A stretch of DNA of 32,000 nucleotides, taken from the NCBI GenBank assembly GCA_009594865.1, contig VOPT01000044.1, positions 1 to 32,000 of the forward strand, written 5' to 3'. Both the position numbers and the translations under genes were made by a program. This DNA is from Nitrospira sp. (GTDB taxonomy: Bacteria; Nitrospirota; Nitrospiria; Nitrospirales; Nitrospiraceae). This document shows, piece by piece, positions 25,687 to 32,000 of this stretch. The notes beneath the pieces are model-generated. The model worked only from the letters and a program-made list of their open reading frames with translations, did no database searches and was not told where the DNA came from. How positions within the stretch are numbered: position 1 is the first letter of the stretch; the number at the start of each line of letters is the position of its first letter.

Positions 25687-26530
25687 GCCCGGCGCGGCAG
25701 CGAGAGGCCGTGCGCCACACCATGGCGGTGCTGCACGTCTCCGAGCGCCGAGCGTGCCGGGCGATCGGCCAGCTTCGATCCAGCTATCGATATAGCTCGC
25801 AGCCGGACTGACAGACGCGCGGGTACGGGCGCGCGTCATCGAGCTGGCGAGGGAATGTGGGCGGTACGGTTATCGAACGATCACGTGGTTGTTACAACGG
25901 GAGGGCTGGGACGTGGGGAAGGATCGCGTGTACACGATTTGGCGGCAAGAAGGCTTGAAGGTGCCGGCGAAGCAGCCAAAACGCGCGCGACTCTGGCGGG
26001 CCGACGGCTCGTGCGTGCGCTTGCGGCCGACTCACCGCAATCAGGTCTGGTCGTACGACGTTGTGGCGGAGCGGACCCATGATGGGCGTCCGTTTCGCAT
26101 CTTGAATGTGCTCGATGGGTACACGCGGGAATGTCTCGCATCGGTGGCGGCGCGCCGACTCGGATCCCAGGACGTGATCCTGCTGTTGGCCGAGATGTTT
26201 CTACACCACGGCGTGCCGCAGCACATTCGGTCCGACAACGGACCGGAGTTTATTGCCAGGAAATTGCGTCGCTGGCTGAAGACCCTGCAGGGTGAGCCAC
26301 TCTACATTGAGCCGGGCTCCCCGTGGGAAAACGGCTATGTCGAATCGTTTAATGGAAAAATGCGCGCGCAGTTCCTGAACGGCGAGCTGTTCTACGCGCC
26401 GAAGGAAGCGCAAATTCTGACAGAACAGTGGCGGATCCACTACAATACGGTCCATCCACACAGTCGTCTCGGGGGGGCAGCCACCGGTCCCCGAGACGGT
26501 TCAGCTGGCAGGCTGAAGACTAACAAATGA
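25683..26530 (+). pseudogene. IS3 orfB (DDE transposase/integrase core), with two further frame disruptions
   Basis: - LSPARQREAVRHTMAVLHVSERRACRAIGQLRSSYRYSSQPD (frame 0) stops at TGA 25809-25811.
- It continues in frame 2 as LTDARVRARVIELARECGRYGYRTITWLLQREGWDVGKDRVYTIWRQEGLKVP...HIRSDNGPEF...GSPWENGYVESFNG...YNTVHPHS.
- The G7 run at 26471-26477 shifts the tail out of frame. The restored reading LGGQPPVPETVQLAG would stop at 26514-26516. Confidence 0.8.
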
Positions 26531-26560
26531 AGTGGTACAAAAAATCCCGGCTGGTCAATT

Positions 26561-26695
26561 CTTGCCGCGACACTCAAAACAGATTGGCCGACGTCGAAGC
26601 CGTCCCCTGTGTTTGGGGAGAGGGACGCGGCAACGCGTATCGTCGATCTTCTTGAGAATGGCCTGACATCGGGATCGGTGGAAGGTGGGAGATAG
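26561..26695 (+). pseudogene. 3'-terminal remnant (~44 codons) of a WecB/WbpI-like UDP-sugar 2-epimerase
   Basis: Immediately right of the IS, the sequence reads ...LKTDWPTSKPSPVFGERDAATRIVDLLENGLTSGSVEGGR, stopping at 26693-26695. The P-x-F-G-[DE]-x-x-A-x-x-R-I-V-D-x-L string matches the conserved extreme C-terminus (NP[YF]GDG.A..RI...L) of non-hydrolysing 2-epimerases. No upstream part of this gene is present. Confidence 0.45.
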
Positions 26696-26766
26696 TCCGG
26701 CGGTCTGCTTGTCGCGATGGGAGTGGAAGTCATCCGGTCCGTTGGAGGGGGGAGAGTAGGTGCTCG

Positions 26767-27804
26767 GTGAATGAGGCAGCGATCCAACGGCCCTTGCTGG
26801 TGGCGATCATCGTTCCCGTATACAATGGTGGCCCAGGGTTGACCTGTTGCCTTTCGGCGCTTGTCGCCGCTCGGAATTCCGTCCCTCATGAATTGATAGT
26901 CGTTGATAACGGATCCACAGATGGTTCGGTGGCGATCGCCTCCGGCTTCGGTGCTCGGGTGCTGCACTGCCCAGGTCCATCAGGTCCGGGTGCGGCGAGA
27001 AATGCGGGAGCCGCAGCGACCGATGCGGACATCCTTGTTTTCGTGGACGCGGACGTGGTGGTGTCTCCCGATGCCGTTTCTAAACTGGTCGCGCACTTTC
27101 ACAAGGACTCCGGGGTTGCCGCCGTGTTTGGATCGTATGATGACAGTCCGCGTGCCGAGAATTTTCTCTCCCAGTACAAGAATCTCCTGCACCATGTCAC
27201 TCACCAACAAGGGAATCGTGACGCCAGGACTTTCTGGGGTGGATGCGGAGCCGTTCTCAAAAAAATATTTGATGAACTTGGAGGGTTTGACCAACGCCGC
27301 TATCCGAAACCGTCCATCGAGGACATTGAGCTGGGATTCCGATTGCATTCGGGCGGATATCGCATCGTGCTGGATCCCTCGATCCAAGTCAAACATCTGA
27401 AGGAGTGGCGGATGGGTTCGTTGCTGCGCGCCGATATTTTTTATCGAGCGATACCGTGGGCGCAGCTCATTCTGGAGAGGCAGGGACTCGTCAATGACCT
27501 GAATCTGAAAACGTCCCAGAGAATCAGTGCAGGACTCGTGGGTGGAATTCTCGTGCTCGTCCCTGCGGCGCTGCTTCATCTCGCGATCTGGTTCCTCATC
27601 ATCGGGCTGCTTGGAGTCTTTTTGGCATTGAACCGCGATCTCTTCGCATTTTTCCTCCGTCGAAAAGGGCTGCTGTTCGCTGCTGCAACCGTGCCCATGC
27701 ACATGTTGTATTTTTTCTATAGCGCCGCAACGTTCACTGTGATGTGGGGATGGCATGTCGCACGAGCACGGAACGCGGTCAAGCGTATGAAGCAGACCGG
27801 GTAG
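26767..27804 (+). CDS. GT2 glycosyltransferase with a C-terminal multi-TM region
   Basis: GTG start. Motifs IIVPVYNGGPGL, ELIVVDNGSTDGS, GPGAARNAGAAATDADILVFVDADVVV, SIEDIELGFRL. About 3-4 hydrophobic helices lie at the C-terminus. Confidence 0.85.
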   Translation: MNEAAIQRPLLVAIIVPVYNGGPGLTCCLSALVAARNSVPHELIVVDNGSTDGSVAIASGFGARVLHCPGPSGPGAARNAGAAATDADILVFVDADVVVSPDAVSKLVAHFHKDSGVAAVFGSYDDSPRAENFLSQYKNLLHHVTHQQGNRDARTFWGGCGAVLKKIFDELGGFDQRRYPKPSIEDIELGFRLHSGGYRIVLDPSIQVKHLKEWRMGSLLRADIFYRAIPWAQLILERQGLVNDLNLKTSQRISAGLVGGILVLVPAALLHLAIWFLIIGLLGVFLALNRDLFAFFLRRKGLLFAAATVPMHMLYFFYSAATFTVMWGWHVARARNAVKRMKQTG

Positions 27805-27815
27805 GGTCTATCTTG

Positions 27816-28022
27816 ATGAGCGATGATCAGGACAATTCTTCTTCCGGATTCGTCACGACGAGACCGTTCGGAGAAGATCTGCATGGAACATGGGGCGCTC
27901 TTGCCACCCTGTCCTGTGCATTGTCGTTGATCGCCTATGTATTTCAAAGTAAAGCTCTGGTGACGTACGGAGAAATGTATCATGCCGTTTTTCAGAAGGT
28001 CTTCTCGATTATCGCCCGCTGA
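27816..28022 (+). CDS. Possible small (68 aa) single-TM protein; uncertain
   Basis: ATG 27816 lies within track ORF 27744..28022. The sequence is MSDDQDNSSSGFVTTRPFGEDLHGTWGALATLSCALSLIAYVF... Its TGA stop (28020-28022) is in the same frame as, and only two codons upstream of, the GTG start of the next large gene. Confidence 0.3.
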   Translation: MSDDQDNSSSGFVTTRPFGEDLHGTWGALATLSCALSLIAYVFQSKALVTYGEMYHAVFQKVFSIIAR

Positions 28023-28028
28023 TGTGTC

Positions 28029-30053
28029 GTGGTGTATTCTCAATCCTCCCATGTCCGGTCGAATGTGAGTCTCCCTCATGTTGTGAATATGATCGGTGTC
28101 GTCGTTGCCCTTGGGTTGGCCTATGGGGTCGGTCGACGCACGGCGGCCCAAGTTGTCGCCCGCCTGTACGGACCATTGCCTGTTGATCGTTGGATCGTGG
28201 GATCGGTCGTCTCCGCCACCGCCATCGTGACGGGTTGGCAGGTGTTGGGAGTTGCGGCGAGGGTGAGTGGTCTGCCGATGGTCCATGTCTTACTCCTGTC
28301 CGGAATGTTGATGCTGATCTATCTCGTTGTCAGACGATCGGGTCAGACATTGCCGGAGTTCAAGGACTGGTTCGCGGCGAGGGGAAGAAGAGAGATCACT
28401 CCGTCTCCATGGTGGCGGTTGAAGTCATCGGCCGGAGCATGGAGCCTGGCTGTGGCAACAGGGATTCTTGGGATGTTCCTACTGGAGTCGCTGACGAAAC
28501 CGCCGCTGGGATGGGACACGTTGGTGTATCACCTGCCTCTGGCCGCAAAATGGTTCCAGGGAGGTACGTTGGAGGTTTTTCGTGAATCTTGGAAATTTCA
28601 AATGCCTTCGAATGCGGAGTTGTTCCCGCTGTTGCTCCTGTTTACCGGGGAAGAGAGAATTCTAGCCCTCACCTATGTGCCGTTCACCCTGCTGAGCCTG
28701 TTGGTTGTGTATGGTTTTGCCCGTCGGTTTGGCGCGACACACGATTGGGCCTGTCTCGGTGCGATCGGATTCGGCACCATGCCCATTGTCCTTTACAATA
28801 CCTTGGATTTGTATGTGGACATGTTCGTGGCCTATGGATGGCTCTGTGCCTTGTACCTGTTATTTTGGGCATTTGAACGTGAGCCGTCGACGGAGAAGCG
28901 AGCGGCTTCTCTCCAGATCGTTCTCGCGGGCCTGGCGTTCGGGCTTGCCCTTGGCTCTCGGTACATTCTCGCGCCGATGCTCCTGATGATGTCGGCGATC
29001 TGCGCGGGGGGGGCGTTCTTCTTCCTCGACTCGCGGGCCGCTTCCATCAGGTCGCGGTTACGTCTGGCAGGATCCATGACGTTCGCGTTCATACTGTCCA
29101 GTCTTGTTCCCTCCTGCTATTGGTATCTACAAAACTGGCTGGCTACGGGCAATCCGATGCATCCACTGCAGTTCTCCTTCGGCGGGTCCACAGTCGTACG
29201 CGTCTCCATTGGGGCCCTGTCTGAGCGTATGACGTTCTTCGGCCCCGAAATAGCCTATGACGGTGAATGTCTGGACTCGGGCGCCCATTCCATTTCTTCA
29301 TGGCTGATCTCTCCATGGAGAGATTGTTGGTACGCCGGCGACCATTTTTCCTCGAATTGGGGCTTCGGTCCTGTCTTTACGACGTTTATTCCCGTGTTCA
29401 CGCTTGTAGGTGTCCTGATTGTCCTCGCGTCAGCCCTGCGAGGCAGGCGGGTGCCGAAGGCAACCTATCCGCTGATGGTAGCCGGGCTGATCGCCTGTTA
29501 TTGGTGGGTCTATGTGTTCAACATGTTGCGGACGTTGTTGCCCGTTATCGGAGTGCTATTTGCCGTGACGGCCTATGGCATGTCGCTGATGAGCGAACGG
29601 GCGCAACGGGTGGCGGGCGTGTTGTTTCTCACAGCAATGGTGTTGAATGGGCTGCTTGTCGTGGCAAAACCGATTCGATCATTGACGATGCACGCCTATC
29701 GGGGCGATTGGAGCCGGAGCGGTTTCTACGGAATACCGAAGGTCGTAGACGAACTCCCGCCGGGCAGCGTGATTCTGAACGCGTCCCATGAGCTGAAGAA
29801 CTATCCGCTCTTTGGGCGTAGGCTCCAGAACCATGTCGTGACCGATCGGGTCCTGCTGGAGCCGAGCCTCGTCACGGTGATTACTGATGCGGTCATCAAT
29901 AAATACGGGATCGACTATATTTATTACGACACGACGCAGAGATGGACCATCGCCGAATCGGTCAAAGGCCAGATCGTGTATGAACAAACTATAGACAATG
30001 ACGGACAACCGTACAAAATCATGTTGTTCAAGATTGCGAAACCGTCCACATGA
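28029..30053 (+). CDS. Polytopic GT-C-like glycosyltransferase candidate (ArnT/PMT-like) with a C-terminal soluble domain
   Basis: 674 aa with about 12 or more TM segments. Loop motif PPLGWDTLVYHLPLAAKWF. The start is GTG 28029 or ATG 28089. The last ~110 aa are hydrophilic. Confidence 0.65.
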   Translation: MVYSQSSHVRSNVSLPHVVNMIGVVVALGLAYGVGRRTAAQVVARLYGPLPVDRWIVGSVVSATAIVTGWQVLGVAARVSGLPMVHVLLLSGMLMLIYLVVRRSGQTLPEFKDWFAARGRREITPSPWWRLKSSAGAWSLAVATGILGMFLLESLTKPPLGWDTLVYHLPLAAKWFQGGTLEVFRESWKFQMPSNAELFPLLLLFTGEERILALTYVPFTLLSLLVVYGFARRFGATHDWACLGAIGFGTMPIVLYNTLDLYVDMFVAYGWLCALYLLFWAFEREPSTEKRAASLQIVLAGLAFGLALGSRYILAPMLLMMSAICAGGAFFFLDSRAASIRSRLRLAGSMTFAFILSSLVPSCYWYLQNWLATGNPMHPLQFSFGGSTVVRVSIGALSERMTFFGPEIAYDGECLDSGAHSISSWLISPWRDCWYAGDHFSSNWGFGPVFTTFIPVFTLVGVLIVLASALRGRRVPKATYPLMVAGLIACYWWVYVFNMLRTLLPVIGVLFAVTAYGMSLMSERAQRVAGVLFLTAMVLNGLLVVAKPIRSLTMHAYRGDWSRSGFYGIPKVVDELPPGSVILNASHELKNYPLFGRRLQNHVVTDRVLLEPSLVTVITDAVINKYGIDYIYYDTTQRWTIAESVKGQIVYEQTIDNDGQPYKIMLFKIAKPST

Positions 30054-30297
30054 CGATGTCGGTCCGGCGTATAGTGTTTTGTCAAGCGGTGGTCCCTTAT
30101 GTGAGTGGATGTTGGTGAAGCTTCAGGAGAACGATTCCAGGGCGCTCATTACCGGACAGACGCGGCTCTCCCACGATCTGCGCAAGCGAGATTGCAGGAT
30201 CAATAAATGTGAAACGATGTTTCCGAATCGCACGAATGAAAACCCTCTGAGAAGCTGACGAACCGTGTTACTTCAAGACAGTCTTTTTGCGCGATCG

Positions 30298-32000
30298 ATG
30301 CCGCAATCCACTCTACGCCTCTTGCGATTTCTCGCGTGGGGTCTCAGCTGCTTCTTCTTTATCTGGGTATCGGTGGATCCTCAGTTTTATGATTCAGAAG
30401 GGTTTCTTGCCGGAACAGCCTGCCTGCCCGTTTCTCTTGGAGTCGGCCTCTTGCTGTTGGGCTGCTTCTTCAGAAAAGAGTGTTGGCAATCCGCATGCTG
30501 GTTTACGCTGGCCCTTGCAGGACAAGCGAGTAGCCTCCAACTGATAGTTGCCGGCATCAAGCCAGGATTCCAACACTACAAGCCTGTACAGGCCATTGTC
30601 ATGAACACGCACCCGCTTGTTCTGGGAATTCTGGCCCTTCAAATACTACTGATCACAACATTTCTACCTTCGATCTGGCCTATGACCAGAGCATGGGCGA
30701 TACGCACCTTTAAACCTTGGCAAGTCGTGAGTATAGCCATTATTTGCGTGATCCCTGCTGTTGCAGGCTCACGACAAATCACGACCTACGCACTCGAACT
30801 CTGCACCGCAGCATTTCTGCAACTCCTCAACGTGGCAAACATCACGCTCGCCGTCTGGGCCCTTCCAAATGGACTTCGCTCGTGGTGGAGAGACAGATGT
30901 GTCACATGGCTCACGCAGCAAGACCGTTCCCGCGCGAATGGGCAGCACATAGGAAACTCCTTCGTCTTAACGGCAGCTCTATGGACGATCGGTGTGACTG
31001 CCCTGCTTGCTTGGTGGATTTACGAGTCGCATCCACATATCCCCGACGAAGTGTCCTATCTCTATCAAGCAAGATATTTCGCAGCCGGCATGCTGACGAT
31101 GCCTGCACCACCGGTCGCCGAGGCGTTCGATATTGATCTCATGACATATGAAGATACACGTTGGTATTCTCCCTTCCCTCCGGGCTGGCCTATCGCTTTA
31201 TCTATGGGGGTTATCCTCGGCATTCCCTGGCTGATCAATCCATTACTTGCCGGTCTCAATATTCCACTGATATTCGCATTGACTCAAAGGCTGTATGACG
31301 TGCCCACCGCACGTATCGCTGTGCTGCTTCTATCTACATCGCCCTGGTACCTTTTCATGGGCATGAATTACATGAGTCATATGCTTTCCTTAACTTGTGC
31401 CCTGATCGCCTCGCTTGGTGTAGTAAAGGCCCGTTCTGACTCTTCCATAGGCTGGGGACTCACATCGGGCGGCGCCCTCGGCTTTGCAAGTTTGATTAGG
31501 CCGTTGGAGGCTTCTATACTTGCCGGCCTTCTAGGGCTCTGGGCGCTGGGAGTCGTGGGTCAACGAGTGCGATTCTCAACACTCGCCGGTCTCGCACTCG
31601 GAGCAGCGTTAGTCGGCTCACTCAATTTCCCCTATAATTCCCTGTTAACCGGCGATCCATTAAAATTCCCCGTCATGGATTACTTTGATAAGTATTATGG
31701 CCCCGGCATCAACAACTTAGGTTTTGGCCCTGACCGCGGTATTGCATGGGCAACTGACCCGTTCCCAGGCCACAGTTTTCTAGATGCCATGGTCAACACT
31801 GCGCTGAACTCTTTTTCCGTCAATACGGAGTTGTTTGGTTGGGCAACGGGTTCACTTATTTTTGTTGCGGTCGTCCTGTGTTCTCGGAAGCTTCAGCCAA
31901 GTGACCACCTGATGATTGTCTTCGTCGTCGCGGTGATCGCAGTTCACGCACTCTATTGGTTTAGTGGAGGCCCGGATTTCGGTGCTCGATATTGGTTTCT
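30298..32000 (+). CDS. Polytopic GT-C glycosyltransferase (ArnT/PMT_2-like), 5' part; continues beyond the window
   Basis: This gene is absent from the supplied track. By my own translation, frame 1 is open from the TGA at 30256-30258 to base 32000. ATG 30298 gives MPQSTLRLLRFLAWGLSCFFFIW... The hallmark loop HPHIPDEVSYLYQARYF has its Asp-Glu codons at 31045-31050. This is followed by PPGWPIALSMG, LINPLLAGLNIPLIFALTQRLY and MNYMSHMLS. Confidence 0.7.
   Translation, partial: MPQSTLRLLRFLAWGLSCFFFIWVSVDPQFYDSEGFLAGTACLPVSLGVGLLLLGCFFRKECWQSACWFTLALAGQASSLQLIVAGIKPGFQHYKPVQAIVMNTHPLVLGILALQILLITTFLPSIWPMTRAWAIRTFKPWQVVSIAIICVIPAVAGSRQITTYALELCTAAFLQLLNVANITLAVWALPNGLRSWWRDRCVTWLTQQDRSRANGQHIGNSFVLTAALWTIGVTALLAWWIYESHPHIPDEVSYLYQARYFAAGMLTMPAPPVAEAFDIDLMTYEDTRWYSPFPPGWPIALSMGVILGIPWLINPLLAGLNIPLIFALTQRLYDVPTARIAVLLLSTSPWYLFMGMNYMSHMLSLTCALIASLGVVKARSDSSIGWGLTSGGALGFASLIRPLEASILAGLLGLWALGVVGQRVRFSTLAGLALGAALVGSLNFPYNSLLTGDPLKFPVMDYFDKYYGPGINNLGFGPDRGIAWATDPFPGHSFLDAMVNTALNSFSVNTELFGWATGSLIFVAVVLCSRKLQPSDHLMIVFVVAVIAVHALYWFSGGPDFGARYWF

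Larger units (their letters stand above)
25355..26561 (+). mobile_element. IS3-family insertion sequence, decayed (non-autonomous relic)
   Basis: - About 1.2 kb long.
- The left end TGAATTGGTCCAG (25355-25367) matches the reverse complement of the right end CTGGTCAATTC (26551-26561).
- The subterminal GTTAGTCT (25375-25382) matches the reverse complement of AGACTAAC (26517-26524).
- It has an HTH/leucine-zipper orfA and a DDE orfB lying in the -1 frame at the orfA stop, the standard IS3 layout. Confidence 0.85.

Noticed and set aside
26440-26967. 175-aa minus-strand ORF spanning the IS right end, the epimerase remnant and the GT2 start
   Set aside because: It crosses three unrelated + strand features, is Pro/Arg/Thr-rich, and is antisense to the clear GT2 N-terminus (IIVPVYNGG).
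28020-28022. In-frame TGA as a selenocysteine codon
   Set aside because: No SECIS-like stem-loop is evident immediately downstream. Membrane glycosyltransferases are not a known selenoprotein class. A nonsense mutation or a separate small gene is more parsimonious.
30717-31136. Track ORFs 30717..31136 (139 aa), 30761..30952 and 30287..30544 on the + strand
   Set aside because: They are out of frame with, and fully contained in, the long frame-1 GT-C gene (30298 to beyond 32000), which has TM-helix periodicity and the PDEVSYLY motif. Their products are Arg/Cys/His-rich.
1-32000. Looked for CRISPR arrays, tRNA/rRNA genes, defence-system hallmarks (nucleases, ATPases, reverse transcriptases, toxin-antitoxin pairs) and long direct DNA repeats
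   Set aside because: None seen. The only repeats are the coding SBBP blades, the IS terminal inverted repeats and short palindromes. All large ORFs are accounted for by glycan-biosynthesis or envelope functions.

Overview
All credible genes in this 32 kb window lie on the + strand. They form one long, tightly packed envelope-glycan or glycoconjugate biosynthesis island, with several ATGA/TGATG start-stop overlaps. The host is a moderately GC-rich bacterium; I cannot assign a taxon from the sequence alone.

Gene content:
- Two GT4 and four GT2 glycosyltransferases. Three of the GT2s carry C-terminal TM helices like polyprenyl-phosphate-sugar synthases of the DPM1/GtrB/ArnC type.
- At least four polytopic GT-C (ArnT/PMT-like) membrane proteins. 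The last one runs off the 3' end and is missing from the supplied ORF track.
- A CE4 deacetylase and two extended-SDR enzymes.
- A redox block: SDR, an orphan 150-aa protein, a GMC-like flavoprotein, a Glf/amine-oxidase-like flavoprotein and a Gfo/Idh/MocA dehydrogenase.
- An ICMT/PEMT-type membrane methyltransferase and a zinc-ribbon-fused SAM methyltransferase.
- A Wzx-type flippase, a PepSY membrane protein and a seven-blade SBBP beta-propeller lipoprotein.

Decay signatures:
- A multiply frameshifted FkbM-type methyltransferase pseudogene at about 22.7-23.4 kb.
- A decayed IS3-family element at about 25.36-26.56 kb. It sits between the 5' half of a WbpD-like hexapeptide N-acetyltransferase and the last ~44 codons of a WecB/WbpI-like 2-epimerase, which points to an IS-associated deletion.

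I saw no rRNA, tRNA or CRISPR array.

The candidates for something undescribed are:
- An unrecognised two-helix membrane module that occurs both fused to a flavoenzyme and as a free-standing gene (1-1079).
- The translationally coupled SDR / orphan / GMC-flavoprotein trio next to lipid-carrier GT2s and GT-C transferases (10.7-13.7 kb).
- The embedding of a lipoprotein, a PepSY protein and an ICMT-like methyltransferase in a periplasmic, lipid-linked glycosylation cluster.

All functional calls rest on motif recognition by eye. No database search was run.
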